Shown here one piece after another: positions 9,726-18,317 of a stretch of DNA of 64,000 nucleotides. Origin of the DNA: Candidatus Woesearchaeota archaeon (GTDB lineage: Archaea; Nanobdellota; Nanobdellia; Woesearchaeales; ARS49); assembly GCA_014729505.1 (NCBI GenBank), contig WJJS01000015.1, forward strand, positions 35,300-99,299. The letters are read 5' to 3'. The stretch's first letter is position 1; each line of letters starts with the position of its first letter. The translations under genes were made by a program, and so were the position numbers. The notes under the pieces were generated by a model. It was not told the origin of the DNA. It saw only the letters and a list, made by a program, of their open reading frames with translations, and did not search any database.

Positions 9726-10565
9726 ATGAAAGAACGCGTCACCATCACGCTTGAAAAAGAGTTACTAACAGACCTTGATTCTCTGATCGGAAAAGATCAT
9801 CTCAAAAACCGTTCACACGCCATAGAAGAACTACTCAAAAAAGCACTAGGAAAACGCTGTGCAAAACGAGCACTCATACTCTGCGGAGGAAAAGGGACGC
9901 CATTACACCCAATCACTAAAGAAATTCCAAAATCACTCATACCAGTACACGGCAAACCATTAGCAGAACATCTCATAGAATTATTCAAAAAGTACGATGT
10001 TCGAGACATCATCTTAAGCGTAGGCCACAAAAAAGAACACATCATGCAACACTTTGGAGACGGCTCGCGCTTTGGCGTAACCATACGATACATCGAAGAA
10101 ACCACACCACTAGGCACTGCAGGATCTTTACTACTTGCAAAACACCTGTTTGAAGACACTTTTTTTGTCACCAACGGAGATGAACTCAAAAACCTAGACT
10201 TAGAACACTTCTACAACGAACACAAAAAAAACAGAAGCATAGCTACAGTAGCACTAACCACCGTTCGCGAACCCAGAGACTACGGCGTCGTCGACATGCA
10301 AGGATCGCGCATCGTCAGATTCTGCGAAAAACCAGCACCAGGAGAATCATCAAGCACCCTTATCAATTCAGGACTCTACATCCTCGAACCAGCAATACTC
10401 AACTACATCCAAGACGGATACTGCTCATTTGAAAAAACAGTCTTTCCCACAATCGCCAAAGAAGGACAACTCTACGGATACCTCTTCAGCGGACAATGGT
10501 ACGATATGGGAACAATAGATAATTATGAAAAAGCACTCAATGAATGGAAAGGAATTACTCAATAA
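9726..10565 (+). CDS. ribbon-helix-helix domain fused to a sugar-1-phosphate nucleotidyltransferase
   Basis: N-terminal RHH (MKERVTITLEKELLTDLDSLIGKDHLKNRSHAIEELLKKAL) then an NTP-transferase core (LILCGGKGTPLHPITKEIPKSLIPV ... TNGDEL). Confidence 0.75.
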   Translation: MKERVTITLEKELLTDLDSLIGKDHLKNRSHAIEELLKKALGKRCAKRALILCGGKGTPLHPITKEIPKSLIPVHGKPLAEHLIELFKKYDVRDIILSVGHKKEHIMQHFGDGSRFGVTIRYIEETTPLGTAGSLLLAKHLFEDTFFVTNGDELKNLDLEHFYNEHKKNRSIATVALTTVREPRDYGVVDMQGSRIVRFCEKPAPGESSSTLINSGLYILEPAILNYIQDGYCSFEKTVFPTIAKEGQLYGYLFSGQWYDMGTIDNYEKALNEWKGITQ

Positions 10566-10617
10566 CTGTTACATTCTCAGAGATACATTTAAAACACTAG
10601 TTTTCTAGCAACGAAGT

Positions 10618-10947
10618 ATGGAATTAGAGACTCTCAAACTCGCACTAGTGCATTGTTGGGGCAAAGACACCAGTTATCCTCCAATGGAACACTCCTGGTC
10701 CTCAAAGAATCCAGCCTATGGACAATGCTTTGCAACAGCACTGCTCGTTCACGATTATTATGGCGGACAACTACTCAAAGCAAAATTTGCAGACGGAACC
10801 GCACATTTCTGGAATACCGTTAATTCAAAAGAAATAGACTTGACAAAATCACAATTCAATAAACAACAGATTCCACAACCAACACTGCACAGCCGTCAAG
10901 AAATAGACGAAAACCCCCGATACAAAGAATATCACAAAAGATACTGA
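10618..10947 (+). CDS. hypothetical protein
   Basis: 109-aa ORF; no confident family assignment. Confidence 0.4.
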   Translation: MELETLKLALVHCWGKDTSYPPMEHSWSSKNPAYGQCFATALLVHDYYGGQLLKAKFADGTAHFWNTVNSKEIDLTKSQFNKQQIPQPTLHSRQEIDENPRYKEYHKRY

Positions 10948-11034
10948 TTATTGAAAAAAAGAGTGGAAGAGTATTTGCAACAATAATTACTACCCATACT
11001 ATTCGTCTTGTACTCCTGAGAACGAAGTTGAGAT

Positions 11035-11241
11035 GTCGGAGTCTGGATTTTCTCCAGGACAGCGTCAAGCAGAGCTTGACTGGCCCCGGTTCAAATCATT
11101 ATAACAGAAAAATTTGAGCGCTTATGCGCCCACAACGCCGTCGCCCGGATTTGAAACCAGGACAGCGTCAAGCAGAGCTTGACTGGTCCCGGTCCAAATC
11201 ATTATAACAGAAAAAGTGGTGACGCTCTCGCGTCATAGAAA
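11035..11241. repeat. two tandem ~105-bp units, each carrying a degenerate copy of the tRNA-Ser 3' end plus a conserved 56-bp core and a variable hairpin+T5
   Basis: 11138-11163 cgccgtcgcccggatttgaaaccagg matches the tRNA-Ser 3' end (11242-11266) for 20 nt then diverges; 11035-11058 is a more degraded copy; 56-bp cores 11059-11115 and 11160-11215 are near-identical (3 mismatches). Confidence 0.7.
11211..11235 (-). terminator. hairpin plus T5 tract immediately 3' of tRNA-Ser
   Basis: Minus-strand TGACGC-GAGA-GCGTCA hairpin followed by CCACTTTTT; a similar hairpin+T5 (GGGCGC ATAA GCGCTC + TTTTT) follows the second repeat unit. Confidence 0.4.
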
Positions 11242-11325
11242 CGCCGTCGCCCGGATTTGAACCGGGATATCCGTAAGGAAACCAGCTTAGCAGGCTGGCG
11301 CAGTACCAGGTTGTGCCACGACGGC
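11242..11325 (-). tRNA. tRNA-Ser (anticodon GCU), class II with long variable arm
   Basis: Manual fold: acceptor GCCGTCG/CGACGGC, D stem GCA/TGC, anticodon stem CCAGC/GCTGG with loop CTGCTAA, variable stem-loop TCC-TTAC-GGA, T arm CCCGG-TTCAAAT-CCGGG, discriminator G; no encoded CCA. Confidence 0.75.
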
Positions 11326-11404
11326 AATGTACGACAAAGAAAGACAAATGGTTTTAAAGTTTTCTACTCGATAGGTTTTTAAGTATTGATGACTTACTGA
11401 AGTT

Positions 11405-11677
11405 ATGGCAAAAAAGTCAAAACCGGACGCGACTCTTGCAATTGTAGGACTCATCTTTGGCAGTTTGAGCATCATGAGCTTTTTCTATCTTATGATTTCG
11501 CTGCCCTTTGGTATCACAGGACTCATACTCTCACTCATCCAACAACGACGGGAACCACACGGCATTGCAAAAGCAGGAATGATCGTGAGCATAATCGGAC
11601 TTGCAATAACAATACTCTTTCACATTGTTATGGTTCTCGCATACGTAGGACTCATAGCGTACGCTGCAACCAGTTAA
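11405..11677 (+). CDS. small membrane protein (2 TM)
   Basis: 90 aa with two hydrophobic helices. Confidence 0.45.
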   Translation: MAKKSKPDATLAIVGLIFGSLSIMSFFYLMISLPFGITGLILSLIQQRREPHGIAKAGMIVSIIGLAITILFHIVMVLAYVGLIAYAATS

Positions 11678-11742
11678 CACCGTTTTGTCACTTGGATACG
11701 CGTAAAATGTCACCATACTGCGGGACATACTGAAACAAAACC

Positions 11743-11750
11743 TATATAAA
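11743..11750 (+). promoter_or_regulatory. archaeal TATA box for initiator tRNA
   Basis: TATATAAA centred about 30 bp upstream of the tRNA 5' end, preceded by an A-rich BRE-like stretch. Confidence 0.5.
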
Positions 11751-11778
11751 GACCCCTCAAGTTTTCATACAGTATTCT

Positions 11779-11853
11779 AGCGGGGTGGGGCAGCCAGGAG
11801 TGCCCGGCGGGCTCATAACCCGCAGGTCGGTGGTTCAAATCCACTCCCCGCTA
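11779..11853 (+). tRNA. initiator tRNA-Met (CAU)
   Basis: A1:U72 acceptor pair (AGCGGGG/CCCCGCT), three consecutive G:C pairs in the anticodon stem (GCGGG/CCCGC), loop CTCATAA, T arm GGTGG-TTCAAAT-CCACT; archaeal initiator features. Confidence 0.85.
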
Positions 11854-11857
11854 TTTC

Positions 11858-12673
11858 ATGATGATATCAACTGCCGCGATTGAAAAGCAATCAAAATCGC
11901 AGCAATCAGAATCAGGATTCTTACTCACACAATTATGGCACGTACTTGCCACGCCGTTTCGACTCGTACTATTTGTCCTTGGCAAACGCACATTTGCAGA
12001 AGTTGCAACACCGGTAACAAACAGTGTCAGATTCTTTTTTGCACCGCGCTTTAGCATACTCATGAGTGCAGTACTCATCATTGTTTTTATCGCGAGCCTC
12101 TTTATCGATATCGTGCCATATCTTGCCTATCCAGCAGACCTGTTTAGCCTGCGTTTTTTTACCATTATCACCGCAGGATTCTTACATGCAGACCCTGCAC
12201 ACCTGTTTGGCAATGTCCTTGTCCTCTACATTTTTGGCAGAGTAGTAGAACGACGCATAGGAGCAACAAACACTGCACTCGTCTACTTTGGAGCGCTGAT
12301 CATTGCAGGACTATTCTCTGCGCTCATCAACATGGCCATAGGTGATAACACGCCAGGTCTTGGAGCAAGCGGCGCAATCATGGGTATCGTCGCAACTGCT
12401 ATGCTGCTCGATCCTTTCTACATTACTTACCAGTTAGGCATTCCTCTGCCGGTGATGATCATAGGATGGATAGCAATAGGAGCAGATGTTGCGGGTATAC
12501 TGAATCCAACAGAGGACGGCATAGGACACTTTGCACATTTAGGAGGATTTCTCTCCATAGCAATACTCGCGTTCTTTTTGAGCGGAGAAAACCGTTTACG
12601 ACTGCTCAAAGGACTCGTCGTCAACATCATTAGTCTTTTGATTGCAGGAATTCTGTTAGTGTTTGTTCTCTAA
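11858..12673 (+). CDS. rhomboid-family intramembrane serine protease
   Basis: GASGAIMG (catalytic Ser in GxSG) and HFAHLGG (catalytic His) within a 6-7 TM core. Confidence 0.8.
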   Translation: MMISTAAIEKQSKSQQSESGFLLTQLWHVLATPFRLVLFVLGKRTFAEVATPVTNSVRFFFAPRFSILMSAVLIIVFIASLFIDIVPYLAYPADLFSLRFFTIITAGFLHADPAHLFGNVLVLYIFGRVVERRIGATNTALVYFGALIIAGLFSALINMAIGDNTPGLGASGAIMGIVATAMLLDPFYITYQLGIPLPVMIIGWIAIGADVAGILNPTEDGIGHFAHLGGFLSIAILAFFLSGENRLRLLKGLVVNIISLLIAGILLVFVL

Positions 12674-13073
12674 ACTCTTCAGCCTTGCGCAAGTATTTCT
12701 TAAACACTTCGCGATACAACACTTGGGGCAAATCATCAACTTGTCGTGGAGTGATCCATCTATACTCAGAATGCTCATCAGAAATAACGACATTGTCAGA
12801 AGGACTTTGTGCCAAAAATACATGAGTATGACGAAACAAGTCCTCTGTTTTCACCTCAAAAAATTCAAGTTCATGAATGATCCTGACATCGAGCTGCGTT
12901 TCTTCTCTTACTTCGCGAAGAGCAGCCTTTACAGGATCTTCACCTGACTTTATCTTGCCACCAGGAACTTCCCATCCCTTAAGATGTGCTGCATTATCGT
13001 CGCGAGCTTTCCTGAGAATCAAATACCTATTACCAAAAAACACAAACACCTTCACCTGAAAAATCTTCTTCAT
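12630..13073 (-). CDS. NUDIX hydrolase
   Basis: Nudix box GGKIKSGEDPVKAALREVREETQL; start taken at the internal Met (MKKIF) giving an ATGA overlap with the upstream gene. Confidence 0.8.
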   Translation of the reverse strand: MKKIFQVKVFVFFGNRYLILRKARDDNAAHLKGWEVPGGKIKSGEDPVKAALREVREETQLDVRIIHELEFFEVKTEDLFRHTHVFLAQSPSDNVVISDEHSEYRWITPRQVDDLPQVLYREVFKKYLRKAEEFREQTLTEFLQSKD

Positions 13074-13414
13074 CGATGAGGACGACTCGTGTCCGTATGA
13101 AAAGAATGATGCACTTCCTTTAAGAGAGCGCGAAACGCGGCATGACAAGCCCTACTCAAATCAAAATCATGATGCTTATCCGTCTCAAAATCCCTTGAAG
13201 GACAAGACAAATGAATGTGCAACGAATACTTTTGCTGCGTTCCCTCCTTTTCATAACGCTTAACGTGCACAATAAGAGCGACAGTATTTTTTACAGCATG
13301 CTTAAGCTTTTCAAAATACTCCGTTGACAATGTGTTAACAACATTTTGCTCCTCAGGATCAAGAGCACTAACGCCAACAAACTGAATCCTATCACCTACA
13401 GGTCCTTTTTCCAT
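13070..13414 (-). CDS. possible ribosome hibernation factor (HPF/RaiA-like) small protein
   Basis: 114 aa; C-terminal half resembles the HPF/YfiA fold (VALIVHVKRYEKEGTQQKYSLHIHLS...DFDLSRACHAAFRALLKEV); assignment tentative. Confidence 0.3.
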   Translation of the reverse strand: MEKGPVGDRIQFVGVSALDPEEQNVVNTLSTEYFEKLKHAVKNTVALIVHVKRYEKEGTQQKYSLHIHLSCPSRDFETDKHHDFDLSRACHAAFRALLKEVHHSFHTDTSRPHR

Positions 13415-13446
13415 AACAGGCAGAAACCGCGATAACCATTTAAATC

Positions 13447-13929
13447 TTGCGCATACACAGAGAACAGATGAAAAAAAGATTAAGCAAATCAGACATCAAA
13501 GACCTTAACAGCACACTGGAAAACGAGTTTGGCCTTGAGTCTTTTTATTCAAAGAAAGACATCGTGGAACTTGAAGATTCAACATACATTCTCAAAAACG
13601 GACAACTACACTTTTTCTATCATGAACAACGACTCTTTCCAAGCCTAAAACTGCTACTCAAACAAGAATTTCTGAAACGGATTATCGTAGATATGGGCGC
13701 TGTACGCTTTGTAGCCAACGGAGCAGATATCATGAGGCCTGGTGTCACTCAAGCAGATGAAGATATCAAAGAGGACGAATGCGTTGTCATCATAGAAGAA
13801 ACGCATCACAAACCCTTGGCAGTGGGAATATCGCTATACGGCGGCAAAGAACTGCTTGCCATGAACACAGGAAAAGTAATACGTACCATCCACTACGTTG
13901 GGGATGCAATCTGGAATCACGACGAATGA
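13447..13929 (+). CDS. PUA-domain RNA-binding protein
   Basis: C-terminal PUA-like region (DMGAVRFVANGADIMRPGV ... VIRTIHYVGDAIW). Confidence 0.6.
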   Translation: MRIHREQMKKRLSKSDIKDLNSTLENEFGLESFYSKKDIVELEDSTYILKNGQLHFFYHEQRLFPSLKLLLKQEFLKRIIVDMGAVRFVANGADIMRPGVTQADEDIKEDECVVIIEETHHKPLAVGISLYGGKELLAMNTGKVIRTIHYVGDAIWNHDE

Positions 13930-14387
13930 ATCCGCCGTGTCTTTGGAACGTAATTTGACAACACGCCGTCTTTTAGATGCCCACAACCCATAAAATCAAT
14001 CGAAGATCCGACGAGATGTCTCACAATCTGAAAACCAGATCCTGAAGCGTCAAGTGGAAGATCCTGACCTCTGATCCAATGGTACGCCTGCTCATCAGAC
14101 AAGGTCACCACATTTTTTATTGCACGAGGTCCCAGCAATTGAGATCCTTCAATAGATAAGCGAACCTGCTCATCACGAACATTAGCAATGTACAAGCCAG
14201 CACTATTGATAATGCGCGCAGGTAATTCATCACATTCCCGTCGAAGAATGTAAATTTTCTTCTTTTCTGTAAGAATAACTGAAAACTCTTTGAGCAAATC
14301 ACTGAGTTTACAACCCCACTGTTTTTTCAAAAGTTCAAACATTTTTTTGGCATCCTTATTGTTGAGAATAGAAATCATATACCCCAT
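13917..14387 (-). CDS. NIP7-like (UPF0113) protein with C-terminal PUA-like domain
   Basis: N-terminal pattern (...KKMFELLKKQWGCKLSDLL...KKKIYILRREC...) resembles the Nip7 N-domain; overlaps the aIF5B 3' end by 13 nt (same strand). Confidence 0.5.
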   Translation of the reverse strand: MGYMISILNNKDAKKMFELLKKQWGCKLSDLLKEFSVILTEKKKIYILRRECDELPARIINSAGLYIANVRDEQVRLSIEGSQLLGPRAIKNVVTLSDEQAYHWIRGQDLPLDASGSGFQIVRHLVGSSIDFMGCGHLKDGVLSNYVPKTRRIHSS

Positions 14388-16123
14388 ACAGGATTTTCTT
14401 TTCGCATAATCTCTGCGATCTCTTTTAGAATCTCCTTTTCCTCCTCCTCGAGATATTTCTTAAACTCCTTATACGTTCGAAACTCACTCTCAGAAATTGC
14501 AGAATACAAAATATCTTCCTCATGAATTTGACGACCAACAGTCACATTAGGCAATGATGCTGCTACCTGCTTACCCTTTTCAGCTTTTTCAATATTTTTT
14601 TGATCGTGCTGAATACCCTTCATCGTGGTCAATTGAATACCGTCTTTGTTCATCAATGGCGTATTAGCAAATAACGTACCTGCAAGTACCTCGACGCCAA
14701 CAATAGCAGGATTGTTTTGACGAAAGACATACCCCTTAAGCAATTTTATCTTGCAAGGTTTAGTGATCTTATCAAGCTCTGCTAGTTGAATCTCCGTTCT
14801 TTTTTGCTCCTTCCACTTCTCATACTCTTCAATAAGTTTATAGATCACAGAATTGGTCAATGTCTTAACCGATTCTGAAACCACCCGAGCAGGAGGAATG
14901 TTAAATCCAAGAATAACGCCATCAAAGACATCCTTTTCTGCAGCAACCTCTGCATCAGCAATATCCTTTTTCGTAATAGGTCCAATAGTCGCACGACGAA
15001 TAGGAATATTCTGTTGTTTGAGCAACACCGATAATGCCTCAAGAGAGCCAAGACTGTCAGCCTTGATACTGATACCGCTAGAAGATGTTTCAATGAGAAT
15101 ATCTTGAACCTGAGCCTTAATGCTCTCTTTAACCTCGTCGAGAGCAGTCTTTACAACAACAACAGGCATGCCTGCAACGGCCTCCTCAATATCATTGGCA
15201 AGAATACGCACTCCAGTCGACGCGTGCACTTCAGTAATTGTGTTGAACTTTGCCTTTTCTCGCATTTCCTGCAAAGGACCGGGTTCAAAAAGACCCTTCA
15301 CCTTTGTGACGAGCGGTTCACCAACAGTGCCCACAACGATTGTATCTCCTCGACGAATCTTGCCTGCATACACAATGACATCCATCACCTTGCCAATGCC
15401 CTTTTGTTCCTTGATCTCCAAAATGGTTCCTTTACCAGGTTCGTCCGTCGAGGTTATCAAATTTTTTTCCAGAAATCGCTGAGCAAGACCTGCAAGCGTC
15501 ATAAGCAATTCGGGAATGCCTGCGCCAGTGCGAGCAGAAGTAGGAATGACAGCGATTTGAGACGTGTAATCACTAACGCGATCAAAACGCTCTGCTTGCA
15601 AACCAAGCTCATAGATCGCACCGATCAGTTCATACAACTTCGTCTCAAAACGAGCAAGAACAGCAGGATCCTGGCCATTAATTTTTGCAAGCAAAGGCCC
15701 GTCCTTTTCAGTCCACCCCTGAATAGTATCAATCTTATTAGCGACGATAACAAAAGGAGTCTTATATGATTTCAACACTTCGATAGACTCCAGCGTTTGC
15801 GGTTTAAGACCATCCATAATATCAACGACAAGAATGGCAATATCTGCGAGATTGCCACCGCGCTTACGCAAATTTGTAAACGCTGCATGACCAGGCGTAT
15901 CGATAAACAGAAGACCTGGAATAGTCAGTGTGATGCCAACCGTTTCAAGAAGAGCACCACATACTTTCTTAATAGTAGATAATGGAATAATACTGGCGCC
16001 AATCGCTTGAGTAATACCTCCTGCCTCGCGCGCAGCAACACCGCTGCCTCTAATAGTATCAAGAATGCTCGTTTTGCCATGGTCCACATGTCCCATGATC
16101 GTCACAATAGGTTGGCGGATCAT
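14375..16123 (-). CDS. infB: translation initiation factor aIF5B (IF2 homologue)
   Basis: G domain GHVDHGKT, DTPGH, NKID; four-domain aIF5B length (582 aa). Confidence 0.9.
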   Translation of the reverse strand: MIRQPIVTIMGHVDHGKTSILDTIRGSGVAAREAGGITQAIGASIIPLSTIKKVCGALLETVGITLTIPGLLFIDTPGHAAFTNLRKRGGNLADIAILVVDIMDGLKPQTLESIEVLKSYKTPFVIVANKIDTIQGWTEKDGPLLAKINGQDPAVLARFETKLYELIGAIYELGLQAERFDRVSDYTSQIAVIPTSARTGAGIPELLMTLAGLAQRFLEKNLITSTDEPGKGTILEIKEQKGIGKVMDVIVYAGKIRRGDTIVVGTVGEPLVTKVKGLFEPGPLQEMREKAKFNTITEVHASTGVRILANDIEEAVAGMPVVVVKTALDEVKESIKAQVQDILIETSSSGISIKADSLGSLEALSVLLKQQNIPIRRATIGPITKKDIADAEVAAEKDVFDGVILGFNIPPARVVSESVKTLTNSVIYKLIEEYEKWKEQKRTEIQLAELDKITKPCKIKLLKGYVFRQNNPAIVGVEVLAGTLFANTPLMNKDGIQLTTMKGIQHDQKNIEKAEKGKQVAASLPNVTVGRQIHEEDILYSAISESEFRTYKEFKKYLEEEEKEILKEIAEIMRKENPVWGI

Positions 16124-16227
16124 ACCATGACAGGTTTATCGTCGCTATTTAAATCATTCTACCAAAGCAGGTTTAATAGCGAATAACTACCATAATTCTT
16201 ATTAATCGCACCCTTTCGCCGCTTCCT

Positions 16228-17103
16228 ATGAGTAAGACAGGAAGTTTATTCGGATACCTAGTGCATACGATTCGTGCAGAAGTCATCAAGGTCAACGAGC
16301 ATCTACGAGAAGTGCACGCCGCATTTGCGCTTACTGACGATCAAGTTGCAAATTTGCGATTTTATCAAGGAGGAGCGGAACGAGCGCCCACGGGAACTGT
16401 TCCCGTAGAAGATACTGTGGTTCCCGACGAGTATCGGACGGGACGGCTCGTAGGACGTGTCTATCATCGAACGATCAATCCGCCCCTTTTTGCACAAAAC
16501 CAGCCTGGCGATGTGCGACAGAGAAAACTCGAATGGGTCGCAGAACACCTGGGGGCCATGCTTATGCACTACGCACGCGATGATACGGTTTTTCTTGATG
16601 GACTCATTGATGAGTATTCGACAGCACGGGATCCACAACTCTATGTTGAAGGATTTGGATCATACAGTATCGAAGATGAGACGCGCATACGGGAATACCT
16701 TCAGCAAGAAGGAATGCGAGAAGAATCAATACCTGCGCCGGGTGGCTTTGACATTATCCGAGACATACAGCAAGAAGAAAAAAAGGGGCCTGCAGGTGGC
16801 GAAGAATTAGCCAGACGAGAACAAGAACGGGCCATAGAAGAACGACTGGCCGACCTGCGAGGGCCAGAGTTTTCTAATCCTGTTGATATTTCCAGCAGCA
16901 TCGACATGGGAGACTACGCCGCCCACGAAGCAGGTTATGGTCTGCTTGGAAGTATAGCAAAGCGACGAGAACAAGACGCGTTTCTCATCGCTCTAGCACT
17001 CATGACGCAAAATGATATGGGGCCTAGTTATCGTACGATGGATAGTATCCTGCGAAGTTCCAAGACGGACGCTCTGGCAGCATTGGAAGTCATATTCTCA
17101 TAA
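16228..17103 (+). CDS. hypothetical protein
   Basis: 291 aa, Arg/Glu-rich; no recognisable domain. Confidence 0.4.
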   Translation: MSKTGSLFGYLVHTIRAEVIKVNEHLREVHAAFALTDDQVANLRFYQGGAERAPTGTVPVEDTVVPDEYRTGRLVGRVYHRTINPPLFAQNQPGDVRQRKLEWVAEHLGAMLMHYARDDTVFLDGLIDEYSTARDPQLYVEGFGSYSIEDETRIREYLQQEGMREESIPAPGGFDIIRDIQQEEKKGPAGGEELARREQERAIEERLADLRGPEFSNPVDISSSIDMGDYAAHEAGYGLLGSIAKRREQDAFLIALALMTQNDMGPSYRTMDSILRSSKTDALAALEVIFS

Positions 17104-17232
17104 TAGTACCTATGCACCCACTCCGAGAACTATAACTACTCTCGAATACTAACAATCCCGAAACCTTTAAATAGGGGTTGTGCGTGCAGGGTGGTAACAA
17201 ACACTGATTTATCAGTTTGGGGGGACAGAACA

Positions 17233-18225
17233 ATGAAGAACAGACGATTTGGATTGATCGCCGTCATGCTCTTACTCATCGCAGGACTCGCAGTCTCTGC
17301 GCAGGCATTTGACATTTCGATCACGAAAACTGAAATCAACGGAGTAGAAGTTTTTCCTGATAATTACGTCAGTCTCGACCTGGAAAAAGGCGGAGAACTG
17401 GAACTGGAAGTAGAATTTACCGCACTAGACGATCTCGATGATGTTGAAGTGCGCGCAGTCATACTCAGTTCCGAAGAGGACATCGAAGAGGTCCTCCCAC
17501 TCTTTGATGTGCGAGAAGACACCGAATACAAGAAAGAACTCACACTCGAACTTCCACGAGAAGTAGACGAAGACGAGTACAGAATCATGGTGATCATCTC
17601 GGACCGAGACGACGAAATCACTGAAACATACAACATCTACGTAAACAGCAGACGACACCTGCTGGCAATCGAAGATGTCATCCTACACCCATTTGGACGC
17701 GTCCAAGCAGGAGAATTTGTCCTAGCAAAAGTACGCCTAGAAAACTTCGGACAAAAGGATGAACGCAACGCTCGAATCATGGTAAGCATCCCAGAACTCG
17801 AGACCCAAGCAGTCACGTACATCAACGAGATAGAATTCGACGACCAAGCAGAAACAGAAGAACTATTGCTCATCATACCAGAATGTGCAGAAGAAAAACA
17901 GTATCGCATGAATATCGTCGTTGAATACAACGAAGGCAGGGACCATCTGACAGAAGAACGAACGATCTTTGTACGAGAAAACCCTGCTTGCAGTACTGAT
18001 CAAGAAGATGACGACGAACCAGCAGTAATCGTGCTTACACAAGACGGAGCAGACAATGCAGACGGTACAGAAGCGACAGGAGCCGCAGTAGCGGACGCTA
18101 GTGATAGTGAAGAAAGCTCCTGGACAGTACGAAACGTACTTGAAGTAGCCCTTCTTGCACTCGTCGTACTGCTTGTTATTGTCGGCTTGCTCATCGGCTT
18201 TATGAAACTGCGAAGCGACGACTAG
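17233..18225 (+). CDS. acidic cell-surface protein with signal peptide and C-terminal TM anchor
   Basis: MKNRRFGLIAVMLLLIAGLAVSAQA signal peptide; highly acidic body; C-terminal hydrophobic helix followed by KLRSDD; TATA-like CCTTTAAATA about 60 bp upstream. Confidence 0.55.
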   Translation: MKNRRFGLIAVMLLLIAGLAVSAQAFDISITKTEINGVEVFPDNYVSLDLEKGGELELEVEFTALDDLDDVEVRAVILSSEEDIEEVLPLFDVREDTEYKKELTLELPREVDEDEYRIMVIISDRDDEITETYNIYVNSRRHLLAIEDVILHPFGRVQAGEFVLAKVRLENFGQKDERNARIMVSIPELETQAVTYINEIEFDDQAETEELLLIIPECAEEKQYRMNIVVEYNEGRDHLTEERTIFVRENPACSTDQEDDDEPAVIVLTQDGADNADGTEATGAAVADASDSEESSWTVRNVLEVALLALVVLLVIVGLLIGFMKLRSDD

Positions 18226-18317
18226 TTGCTTCACTTTTTCCTTTTTTTCTTATCTTCTCCTTCTTAATGCGACTATCAACACATAATCTTTAAAAGCCAC
18301 CTGCTGTTTCCACGCGT

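Noticed and set aside
10950-11330. Considered whether the tandem repeats near the tRNA genes were a CRISPR array
   Set aside because: There are only two units per locus, the variable parts are not uniform spacers, the repeats embed tRNA-derived sequence, and there are no cas genes.
15104-15769. Plus-strand ORFs (221 aa, 120 aa) inside aIF5B
   Set aside because: They are antisense to a strongly supported gene; Ser/Arg-rich artefact.
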